Part shown: piece after piece, positions 38,201 through 50,600 of the stretch
Layout of the letters: each line of letters begins with the position of its first letter
How positions within the stretch are numbered: the stretch's first letter is position 1
Origin: Antedon mediterranea
Lineage: Eukaryota; Animalia; Echinodermata
Direction: 5' to 3'
Assembly: GCF_964355755.1 (NCBI RefSeq)
Contig: NC_092671.1
Location: 21,779,317 to 21,843,316 of the forward strand
Length of the DNA stretch: 64,000 nt
Notes under the pieces: generated by a model
Database searches by the model: none
What the model was told of the DNA's origin: nothing
What the model saw: the letters and a program-made list of their open reading frames with translations, nothing else
Program-made: the position numbers and the translations under genes

Positions 38201-38372
38201 TCAAAGTGGATAAAAGCACATTATAAACCGTTTTAGACTATTTTGAGCATTTCGATAACACATTTCACACAAAAACATCAAAGAGCACAAAATAGCTTAA
38301 TATCGTATTTAAAAACGTTTTAAACCATTTTGAGCATTTCGACAAAACTTTTTCACACAAAACACCAAAGTG
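32268..38372 (+). repeat. ~6.1-kb block duplication (second copy ~41110-47214)
   Basis: A constant 8842-bp offset holds for ORF-track markers (32539/41381, 34695/43537, 36872/45714), the SINE (35450/44292) and private SNVs (aatagtttcaaa, aatagcatcaaa, ctctttcacaaaa). Confidence 0.85.
35450..35802 (+). mobile_element. Same SINE, copy 2 (haplotype B)
   Basis: Same sequence and junctions as copy 1, except the tail begins aaagTAata rather than aaagACata. Confidence 0.88.
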
Positions 38373-39424
38373 CTTAGAATACCTTCAAATCGCATTTGGA
38401 GACATTTTAGACCATTTTGTGATTTTCGAAAAAACTTGTTAACATAAAAACATCAAAGTGCTAAGAATAGCTTCCAATCGCATTTGGAGACGTTTTAGAC
38501 CATTTTGTGATTTTCGAAAAAACTTGTTAACATAAAAACATCAAAGTGCTAAGAATAGCTTCAAATCGCATTTGGAGACGTTTTAGACCATTTTGTGCAT
38601 TTCGATGAAACTTGGTTACGCAAAAACATCAAAGTGCTTAAAATCACATTATAAACCGTTTTAGACCATTTTGAGCATATCGATAACACTTTTTACACAA
38701 AACACCAAAGTGCTTAGAATAGCTTCAAATCGCATTTGGAGACGTTTTAGACCATTTTGTGATTTTCGACAAAACTTTTTCACACAAAACACCAAAGTGC
38801 TTAGAATACCTTCAAATCGCATTTGGAGACGTTTTAGACCATTTTGTGATTTTCGAAAAAACTTGTTAACATAAAAACATCAAAGTGTACAGAATAGCTT
38901 CAAATCGCATTTGGAGACGTTTTAGACCATTTTGTGATTTTCGAAAAAACTTGTTAACATAAAAACACCAAAGTGCTTAGAATAGCTTCAAATCGCATTT
39001 GGAGACGTTTTAGACCATTTTGTGATTTTCGAAAAAACTTGTTAACATAAAAACACCAAAGTGCTTAGAATAGCTTCAAATCGCATTAGGAGACGTTTTA
39101 GACCATTTTGTGATTTTCGAAAAAACTTGTTAACATAAAAACACCAAAGTGCTTAGAATAGCTTCAAATCGCATTTGGAGACGTTTTAGACCATTTTGTG
39201 ATTTTCGAAAAAACTTGTTAACATAAAAAAAACAAAGTTCTTAAAATAGCTTCAAATCGCATTTGGAGACGTTTTAGACCATTTTGTGATTTTCGAAAAA
39301 ACCTGTTAACATAAAAACACCAAAGTGTTTAGAAAAGCTTCAAATCGCATTTGGAGACGTTTTAGACCATTTTGGGATTTTCGAAAAAACTTGTTAACAT
39401 AAAAACACCAAAGTGCTTAGAATA

Positions 39425-39777
39425 TGGCCGAGCGGTTAAGGCAGGGGCGCCGTTTATCGTACCTAAAGAGCCAACAACAACATCGGCAAGGGTTCGAGGC
39501 CGACTCGCTCCTAGTTCTGGTGGTGGAACAAGTCTTCTCGGATAAGGACTATAAACCGTAGGTCCAGTGTACACAGTTATAACATGTGTGTACTTTAAAG
39601 AACCCAGTTCATTATTCGAAAAAGAGTAGGGGGTTACCCCGGTGAACTGGTTCACACAATAGCCTCTGTATCAGGGGGATTACCACCTATCTGATAGGAC
39701 AGTGATTAATTCACTATTGGTAATCCTTGGCCACAGTGCCTAAAGACATAAAATAAAATAAAAATAAATAAATAAAT
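39425..39777 (+). mobile_element. Same SINE, copy 3 (haplotype A)
   Basis: Matches copy 1, including aaagACata and the flanking satellite variants. Confidence 0.88.
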
Positions 39778-40727
39778 AATAGCTTCAAATCGCATTTGGA
39801 GACGTTTTAGACCATTTTGTAATTTTCAAAAAAACTTGTTAACATAAAAACACCAAAGTTCTTAGAATAGCTTCAAATCGCATTTGGAGACGTTTTAGAC
39901 CATTTTGTGCATTTCGATGAAACTTGGTTACACAAAAACATCAAAGTGCTTAAAATCACATTATAAACCGTTTTAGACCATTTGAGCATTTCGATAACAC
40001 TTTTCACACAAAAACATCAAAGTTCACAATATAGCTTAATATCCTATTTAAAAACGTTTTAGACCATTTTGAGCATTTCGACAAAACTTTTTCACACAAA
40101 ACACCAAAGTGCTTAGAATACCTTCAAATCGCATTTGGAGACGTTTTAGACAATTTTGTGATTTTCGAAAAAACTTGTTAACATAAAAACATCAAAGTTT
40201 ACAGAATAGCTTCAAATCGCATTTGGAGACGTTTTAGACAATTTTGTGATTTTCGAAAAAACTTGTTAACATAAAAACACCAAAGTGCTTAGAATAGCTT
40301 CAAATCGCATTGGGAGACGTTTTAGACCATTTTGTGATTTTCGAAAAAACTTGTTAACATAAAAACATCAAAGTGTACAGAATAGCTTCAAATCGCATTT
40401 GGAGACGTTTTAGACCATTTTGTGATTTTCGAAAAAACTTGTTAACATAAAAACACCAAAGTGCTTAGAATAGCTTCAAATCGCATTTGGAGACGTTTTA
40501 AACCATTTTGTGATTTTCGAAAAAACTTGTTAACATAAAAACACCAAAATGTTTAGAATAGCTTCAAATCGCATTTGGAGACGTTTTAGACCATTTTGTG
40601 ATTTTCGAAAAAACTTGTTAACACAAAAACACCAAAGTGATTAGAATAGCTTCAAATCGCATTTGGAGACGTTTTAGACCATTTTGTGATTTTCGAAAAA
40701 ACTTGTTAACATAAAAACACCAAAGTG

Positions 40728-40745
40728 ATTATTATTATTATATTA
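40728..40745. repeat. (ATT)n microsatellite expansion or insertion (+14 bp) in a single monomer
   Basis: gtgattattattattatattagaata versus the normal gtgattagaata. Confidence 0.85.
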
Positions 40746-43700
40746 GAATAGCTTCAAATCGCATTTGGAGACGTTTTAGACCATTTTGTGCATTTCGATG
40801 AAACTTGGTTACGCAAAAACATCAAAGTGCTTAAAATCACATTATAAACCGTTTTAGACCATTTTGAGCATATCGATAACACTTTTTCACACAAAACACC
40901 AAAGTGCTTAGAATACCTTCAAATCGCATTTGGAGACGTTTTAGACCATTTTGTGATTTTCGAAAAAACTTGTTAACATAAAAACATCAAAGTGTACAGA
41001 ATAGCTTCAAATCGCATTTGGAGACGTTTTAGACCATTTTGTGATTTTCGAAAAAACTTGTTAACACAAAAACACCAAAGTGATTAGAATAGCTTCAAAT
41101 CGCATTTGGAGACGTTTTAGACCATTTTGTGATTTTCGAAAAAACTTGTTAACATAAAAACACCAAAGTGATTAGAATAGCTTCAAATCGCATTTGGAGA
41201 CGTTTTAGACCATTTTGTGATTTTCGAAAAAACTTGTTAACATAAAAACACCAAAGTGATTAGAATAGCTTCAAATCGCATTTGGAGACGTTTTAGACCA
41301 TTTTGTGCATTTCGATGAAACTTGGTTACGCAAAAACATCAATGTGCTTAAAATCACATTATAAACCGTTTTAGACCATTTTGAGCATATCCATAAAACT
41401 TTTTACACAAAACACCAAAGTGCTTAGAATAGCTTCAAATCGCATTTGGAGACGTTTTAGACCATTTTGTGATTTTCGACAAAACTTTTTCACACAAAAC
41501 ACCAAAGTGCTTAGAATACCTTCAAATCGCATTTGGAGACGTTTTAGACCATTTTGTGATTTTCGAAAAAACTTGTTAACATAAAAACATCAAAGTGTAC
41601 AGAATAGCTTCAAATCGCATTTGGAGACGTTTTAGACCATTTTGTGATTTTCGAAAAAACTTGTTAACATAAAAACACCAAAGTGCTTAGAATAGCTTCA
41701 AATCGCATTAGGAGACGTTTTAGACCATTTTGTGATTTTCGAAAAAACTTGTTAACATAAAAACACCAAAGTGCTTAGAATAGCTTCAAATCGCATTTGG
41801 AGACGTTTTAGACCATTTTGTGATTTTCGAAAAAACTTGTTAACATAAAAACACCAAAATGTTTAGAATAGCTTCAAATCGCATTTGGAGACGTTTTAGA
41901 CCATTTTGTGATTTTCGAAAAAACTTGTTAACACAAAAACACCAAAGTGATTAGAATAGCTTCAAATCGCATTTGGAGACGTTTTAGACCATTTTGTGCA
42001 TTTCGATGAAACTTGGTTACGCAAAAACATCAAAGTGCTTAAAATCACATTATAAACCGTTTTAGACCATTTTGAGCATATCGATAACACTTTTCACACA
42101 AAAACATCAAAGAGCACAATATAGCTTAATATCGTATTTAAAAACGTTTTAGACCATTTTGAGCATTTCGACAAAACTTTTTCACACAAAACACCAAAGT
42201 GCTTAGAATAGCTTCAAATCGCATTTGGAGACGTTTTAGACCATTTTGTGATTTTCGAAAAAACTTGTTAACATAAAAACATCAAAGTGCTAAGAATAGT
42301 TTCAAATCGAATTTGGAGACATTTTAGACCAATTAGTGATTTTCGAAAAAACTTGGTTACACAAAAACATCAAAGTGGTTAAAATCACATTATAAACCGT
42401 TTTAGACCATTTTGAGCATTTCGATAACACTTTTCACACAAAAACATCAAAGTGCTTAGAATAGCTTCAAATCGCATTTGGAGACGTTTTAGACCATTTT
42501 GTGATTTTCGAAAAAAACTTTTTAACATAAAAACACCAAACTGCTAAGAATAGCTTCAAATCGCATATGGAGACAATTTAGACCATTTTGTGATTTTCGA
42601 AAAAACTTGTTAACATAAAAACACCAAAGTGCTTAGAATACCTTCAAATCGCATTTGGAGACATTTTAGACCATTTTGTGATTTTCGAAAAAACTTGTTA
42701 ACATAAAAACATCAAAGTGCTAAGAATAGCTTCCAATCGCATTTGTAGACGTTTTAGACCATTTTGTGATTTTCGAAAACAACTTGTTAACATAAAAACA
42801 CCAAAGTGCTTAGAATAGCATCAAATCGCATTTGGAGACGTTTTAGACCATTTTGTGATTTTCGAAAAAACTTGTTAACATAAAAACATCAAAGTGCTAA
42901 GAATAGCTTCAAATCGAATTTGGAGACATTTTAGACCAATTAGTGATTTTCGAAAAAACTTGGTTACACAAAAACATCAAAGTGGTTAAAATCACATTAT
43001 AAACCGTTTTAGACCATTTTGAGCATTTCGATAACACTTTTCACACAAAAACATCAAAGTGCTTAGAATAGCTTCAAATCGCATTTGGAGACGTTTTAGA
43101 CCATTTTGTGATTTTCGAAAAAAACTTTTTAACATAAAAACACCAAACTGCTAAGAATAGCTTCAAATCGCATATGGAGACAATTTAGACCATTTTGTGA
43201 TTTTCGAAAAAACTTGTTAACATAAAAACACCAAAGTGCTTAGAATACCTTCAAATCGCATTTGGAGACATTTTAGACCATTTTGTGATTTTCGAAAAAA
43301 CTTGTTAACATAAAAACATCAAAGTGCTAAGAATAGCTTCCAATCGCATTTGGAGACGTTTTAGACCATTTTGTGATTTTCGAAAAAACTTGTTAACATA
43401 AAAACACCAAAGTGATTAGAATAGCTTCAAATCGCATTTGGAGACGTTTTAGACCATTTTGTGCATTTCGATGAAACTTGGTTACGCAAAAACATCAAAG
43501 TGCTTAAAATCACATTATAAACCGTTTTAGACCATTTTGAGCATATCGATAACACTTTTTACACAAAACACCAAAGTGCTTAGAATAGCTTCAAATCGCA
43601 TTTGGAGACGTTTTAGACCATTTTGTGATTTTCGACAAAACTTTTTCACACAAAACACCAAAGTGCTTAGAATACCTTCAAATCGCATTTGGAGACGTTT

Positions 43701-44291
43701 TAGACCATTTTGTGATTTTCGAAAAAACTTGTTAACATAAAAACATCAAAGTGTACAGAATAGCTTCAAATCGCATTTGGAGACGTTTTAGACCATTTTG
43801 TGATTTTCGAAAAAACTTGTTAACATAAAAACACCAAAGTGCTTAGAATAGCTTCAAATCGCATTAGGAGACGTTTTAGACCATTTTGTGATTTTCGAAA
43901 AAACTTGTTAACATAAAAACACCAAAGTGCTTAGAATAGCTTCAAATCGCATTAGGAGACGTTTTAGACCATTTTGTGATTTTCGAAAAAACTTGTTAAC
44001 ATAAAAACACCAAAGTGCTTAGAATAGCTTCAAATCGCATTTGGAGACGTTTTAGACCATTTTGTGATTTTCGAAAAAACTTGTTAACATAAAAAAAACA
44101 AAGTTCTTAAAATAGCTTCAAATCGCATTTGGAGACGTTTTAGACCATTTTGTGATTTTCGAAAAAACCTGTTAACATAAAAACACCAAAGTGTTTAGAA
44201 AAGCTTCAAATCGCATTTGGAGACGTTTTAGACCATTTTGGGATTTTCGAAAAAAACTTGTTAACATAAAAACACCAAAGTGCTTAGAATA

Positions 44292-44644
44292 TGGCCGAGC
44301 GGTTAAGGCAGGGGCGCCGTTTATCGTACCTAAAGAGCCAACAACAACATCGGCAAGGGTTCGAGGCCGACTCGCTCCTAGTTCTGGTGGTGGAACAAGT
44401 CTTCTCGGATAAGGACTATAAACCGTAGGTCCAGTGTACACAGTTATAACATGTGTGTACTTTAAAGAACCCAGTTCATTATTCGAAAAAGAGTAGGGGG
44501 TTACCCCGGTGAACTGGTTCACACAATAGCCTCTGTATCAGGGGGATTACCACCTATCTGATAGGACAGTGATTAATTCACTATTGGTAATCCTTGGCCA
44601 CAGTGCCTAAAGTAATAAAATAAAATAAAAATAAATAAATAAAT
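44292..44644 (+). mobile_element. Same SINE, copy 4 (haplotype B)
   Basis: Matches copy 2 at an offset of 8842 bp. Confidence 0.88.
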
Positions 44645-47600
44645 AATAGCTTCAAATCGCATTTGGAGACGTTTTAGACCATTTTGTAATTTTCAAAAAA
44701 ACTTGTTAACATAAAAACACCAAAGTTCTTAGAATAGCTTCAAATCGCATTTGGAGACGTTTTAGACCATTTTGTGCATTTCGATGAAACTTGGTTACAC
44801 AAAAACATCAAAGTGCTTAAAATCACATTATAAACCGTTTTAGACCATTTGAGCATTTCGATAACACTTTTCACACAAAAACATCAAAGTTCACAATATA
44901 GCTTAATATCCTATTTAAAAACGTTTTAGACCATTTTGAGCATTTCGACAAAACTTTTTCACACAAAACACCAAAGTGCTTAGAATACCTTCAAATCGCA
45001 TTTGGAGACGTTTTAGACAATTTTGTGATTTTCGAAAAAACTTGTTAACATAAAAACATCAAAGTTTACAGAATAGCTTCAAATCGCATTTGGAGACGTT
45101 TTAGACAATTTTGTGATTTTCGAAAAAACTTGTTAACATAAAAACACCAAAGTGCTTAGAATAGCTTCAAATCGCATTGGGAGACGTTTTAGACCATTTT
45201 GTGATTTTCGAAAAAACTTGTTAACATAAAAACATCAAAGTGTACAGAATAGCTTCAAATTGCATTTGGAGACGTTTTAGACCATTTTGTGATTTTCGAA
45301 AAAACTTGTTAACATAAAAACACCAAAGTGCTTAGAATAGCTTCAAATCGCATTTGGAGACGTTTTAAACCATTTTGTGATTTTCGAAAAAACTTGTTAA
45401 CATAAAAACACCAAAATGTTTAGAATAGCTTCAAATCGCATTTGGAGACGTTTTAGACCATTTTGTGATTTTCGAAAAAACTTGTTAACACAAAAACACC
45501 AAAGTGATTAGAATAGCTTCAAATCGCATTTGGAGACGTTTTAGACCATTTTGTGATTTTCGAAAAAACTTGTTAACATAAAAACACCAAAGTGATTAGA
45601 ATAGCTTCAAATCGCATTTGGAGACGTTTTAGACCATTTTGTGCATTTCGATGAAACTTGGTTACGCAAAAACATCAAAGTAATAATCACATTATAAACA
45701 GTTTTAGACCATTTTGAGCATATCGATAAAACTTTTTACACAAAACACCAAAGTGCTTAGAATAGCTTCAAATCGCATTTGGAGACGTTTTAGACCATTT
45801 TGTGATTTTCGACAAAACTTTTTCACACAAAACACCAAAGTGCTTAGAATACCTTCAAATCGCATTTGGAGACGTTTTAGACCATTTTGTGATTTTCGAA
45901 AAAACTTGTTAACATAAAAACATCAAAGTGTACAGAATAGCTTCAAATCGCATTTGGAGACGTTTTAGACCATTTTGTGATTTTCGAAAAAACTTGTTAA
46001 CATAAAAACACCAAAGTGCTTAGAATAGCTTCAAATCGCATTAGGAGACGTTTTAGACCATTTTGTTATTTTCGAAAAAACTTGTTAACATAAAAACACC
46101 AAAATGTTTAGAATAGCTTCAAATCGCATTTGTAGACGTTTTAGACCATTTTGTGATTTTCGAAAAAACTTGTTAACACAAAAACACCAAAGTGATTAGA
46201 ATAGCTTCAAATCGCATTTGGAGACGTTTTAGACCATTTTGTGCATTTCGATGAAACTTGGTTACGCAAAAACATCAAAGTGCTTAAAATCACATTATAA
46301 ACCGTTTTAGACCATTTTGAGCATATCGATAACACTTTTCACACAAAAACATCAAAGAGCACAATATAGCTTAATATCGTATTTAAAAACGTTTTAGACC
46401 ATTTTGAGCAATTCGACAAAACTCTTTCACAAAAAACACCAAAGTGCTTAGAATAGCTTCAAATCGCATTTGGAGACGTTTTAGACCATTTTGTGATTTT
46501 CGAAAAAACTTGTTAACATAAAAACATCAAAGGGCTAAGAATAGCTTCAAATCGCATTTGGAGACATTTTAGACCAATTAGTGATTTTCGAAAAAACTTG
46601 GTTACACAAAAACATCAAAGTGGTTAAAATCACATTATAAACCGTTTTAGACCATTTTGAGCATTTCGATAACACTTTTCACACAAAAACATCAAAGTGC
46701 ACAAAATAGCTTAATATCGTATTTGGAAACGTTTTAGAACATTTTGTGATTTTCGAAAAAACTTGTTAACATAAAACACCAAAGTGTACAGAATAGCTTC
46801 AAATCGCATTTGGAGACATTTTAGACCAATTTGTGATTTTCGAAAAAACTTGTTAACATAAAAACACCAAAGTGCTTAGAATACCTTCAAATCGCATTTG
46901 GAGACGTTTAAGACCATTTTGTGATTTTCGAAAAAACTTGTTAACATAAAAAAACCAAAGTGCTTAGAATAGCTTCAAATCGCATTTGGAGACGTTTTAG
47001 ACCAATTTGTGATTTTCGAAAAAACTTGGTTACACAAAAACATCAAAGTGGATAAAAGCACATTATAAACCGTTTTAGACTATTTTGAGCATTTCGATAA
47101 CACATTTCACACAAAAACATCAAAGAGCACAAAATAGCTTAATATCGTATTTAAAAACGTTTTAAACCATTTTGAGCATTTCGACAAAACTTTTTCACAC
47201 AAAACACCAAAGTGTACAGAATAGCTTCAAATCGCATTTGGAGACGTTTTAGACCATTTTGTGATTTTCGAAAAAACTTGTTAATATAAAAACACCAAAG
47301 TACTTAGAATAGCTTCAAATCGCATTTGGAGACGTTTTAGACCATTTTGTGATTTTCGAAAAAACTTGTTAACATAAAAACATCAAAGTGCTAAGAATAG
47401 CTTCCAATCGCATTTGGAGACATTTTAGACCAATTTGTGATTTTCGAAAAAACTTGGTTACACAAAAACATCAAAGTGCTTAAAATCACATTATAAACCG
47501 TTTTAGACCATTTTGAGCATTTCGATAACACATTTCACACAAAAACATCAAAGAGCACAAAATAGCTTAATATCGTATTTAAAAACGTTTTAAACCATTT

Positions 47601-50600
47601 TGAGCATTTCGACAAAACTTTTTCACACAAAACACCAAAGTGTTTAGAAAAGCTTCAAATCGCATTTGGAGACGTTTTAGACCATTTTGGGATTTTCGAA
47701 AAAACTTGTTAACATAAAAACACCAAAGTGCTTAGAATAGCTTCAAATCGCATTTGGAGACGTTTTAGACCATTTTGTAATTTTCGAAAAAACTTGTTAA
47801 CATAAAAACACCAAAATGTTTAGAATAGCTTCAAATCGCATTTGGAGACGTTTTAGACCATTTTGTGATTTTCGAAAAAACTTGTTAACACAAAAACACC
47901 AAAGTGATTAGAATAGCTTCAAATCGCATTTGGAGACGTTTTAGACCATTTTGTGATTTTCGAAAAAACTTGTTAACATAAAAACAGCAAAGTGATTAGA
48001 ATAGCTTCAAATCGCATTTGGAGACGTTTTAGACCATTTTGTGCATTTCGATGAAACTTGGTTACGCAAAAACATCAAAGTAATAATCACATTATAAACA
48101 GTTTTAGACCATTTTGAGCATATCGATAAAACTTTTTACACAAAACACCAAAGTGCTTAGAATAGCTTCAAATCGCATTTGGAGACGTTTTAGACCATTT
48201 TGTGATTTTCGACAAAACTTTTTCACACAAAACACCAAAGTGCTTAGAATACCTTCAAATCGCATTTGGAGACGTTTTAGACCATTTTGTGATTTTCGAA
48301 AAAACTTGTTAACATAAAAACATCAAAGTGTACAGAATAGCTTCAAATCGCATTTGGAGACGTTTTAGACCATTTTGTGATTTTCGAAAAAACTTGTTAA
48401 CATAAAAACACCAAAGTGCTTAGAATAGCTTCAAATCGCATTAGGAGACGTTTTAGACCATTTTGTTATTTTCGAAAAAACTTGTTAACATAAAAACACC
48501 AAAATGTTTAGAATAGCTTCAAATCGCATTTGTAGACGTTTTAGACCATTTTGTGATTTTCGAAAAAACTTGTTAACACAAAAACACCAAAGTGATTAGA
48601 ATAGCTTCAAATCGCATTTGGAGACGTTTTAGACCATTTTGTGCATTTCGATGAAACTTGGTTACGCAAAAACATCAAAGTGCTTAAAATCACATTATAA
48701 ACCGTTTTAGACCATTTTGAGCATATCGATAACACTTTTCACACAAAAACATCAAAGAGCACAATATAGCTTAATATCGTATTTAAAAACGTTTTAGACC
48801 ATTTTGAGCAATTCGACAAAACTTTTTCACACAAAACACCAAAGTGCTTAGAATAGCTTCAAATCGCATTTGGAGACGTTTTAGACCATTTTGTGATTTT
48901 CGAAAAAACTTGTTAACATAAAAACATCAAAGGGCTAAGAATAGCTTCAAATCGCATTTGGAGACATTTTAGACCAATTAGTGATTTTCGAAAAAACTTG
49001 GTTACACAAAAACATCAAAGTGGTTAAAATCACATTATAAACCGTTTTAGACCATTTTGAGCATATCGATAAAATTTTTTACACAAAAACATCAAAGAGC
49101 ACAAAATAGCTTAATATCGTATTTGGAAACGTTTTAGAACATTTTGTGATTTTCGAAAAAACTTGTTAACATAAAACACCAAAGTGTACAGAATAGCTTC
49201 AAATCGCATTTGGAGACATTTTAGACCAATTTGTGATTTTCGAAAAAACTTGTTAACATAAAAACACCAAAGTGCTAAGAATAGCTTCAAATCGCATTTG
49301 GAGACATTTTAGACCAATTTGTGATTTTCGAAAAAACTTGGTTACACAAAAACATCAAAGTGCTTAAAATCACATTATAAAACCGTTTTAGACCATTTCG
49401 ATAACACTTTTCACACAAAAACATCAAAGAGCATAAAATAGGTTAATATCGTATTTAAAAACGTTTTAGACCATTTTGAGCATTTCGATGAAACTTGGTT
49501 ACGCAAAAACATCAAAGTGCTTAAAATCACATTATAAACCGTTTTAGACCATTTTGAGCATATCGATAAAATTTTTTACACAAAAACATCAAAGAGCACA
49601 AAATAGCTTAATATCGTATTTGGAAACGTTTTAGAACATTTTGTGATTTTCGAAAAAACTTGTTAACATAAAACACCAAAGTGTACAGAATAGCTTCAAA
49701 TCGCATTTGGAGACATTTTAGACCAATTTGTGATTTTCGAAAAAACTTGTTAACATAAAAACACCAAAGTGCTAAGAATAGCTTCAAATCGCATTTGGAG
49801 ACATTTTAGACCAATTTGTGATTTTCGAAAAAACTTGGTTACACAAAAACATCAAAGTGCTTAAAATCACATTATAAAACCGTTTTAGACCATTTTGAGC
49901 ATTTCGATAACACTTTTCACACAAAAACATCAAAGAGCATAAAATAGGTTAATATCGTATTTAAAAACGTTTTAGACCATTTTGAGCATTTCGACAAAAC
50001 TTTTTCACACAAAACACCAAAGTGTACAGAATAGCTTAATATCGTATTTAAAAACGTTTTAGACCATTTTGTGATTTTCGAAAAAACTTGTTAACATAAA
50101 AACACCAAAGTGCTTACAATAATAGCTTCAAATCGCATTAGGAGACGTTTTAGACCATTTTGTGATTTTCGAAAAAACTTGTTAACATAAAAACATCAAA
50201 GTGTACAGAATAGCTTCAAATCGCATTTGGAGACGTTTTAGACCATTTTGTGATTTTCAAAAAAAACTTGTTAACATAAAAACACCAAAGTGCTTAGAAT
50301 ATCTTCAAATCGCATTTGGAGACGTTTTAGACCATTTTGTGATTTTCGAAAAAACTTGTTAACATAAAAACATCAAAGTTTACAGAATAACTTCAAATCG
50401 CATTTGGAGACGTTTTAGACAATTTTGTGATTTTCGAAAAAACTTGTTAACACAAAAACACCAAAGTGTTTAGAAAAGCTTCAAATCGCATTTGGAGAAG
50501 TTTTAGACCATTTTGTGATTTTCGAAAAAACTTGTTAACATAAAAACACCAAAGTGTTTAGAAAAGCTTCAAATCGCATTTGGAGACGTTTTAGACCATT

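Noticed and set aside
22845-44522. ORFs of 73-116 aa overlapping the SINE copies
   Set aside because: They span SINE-satellite junctions, change frame with a 1-bp A-run difference and show no recognisable domain.
2093-48317. Repeated 67-aa ORFs (MSISI...RIWRRFRPFCDFR...)
   Set aside because: These are TTG-started chance reading frames across 87-bp satellite monomers. They recur only because the satellite does.
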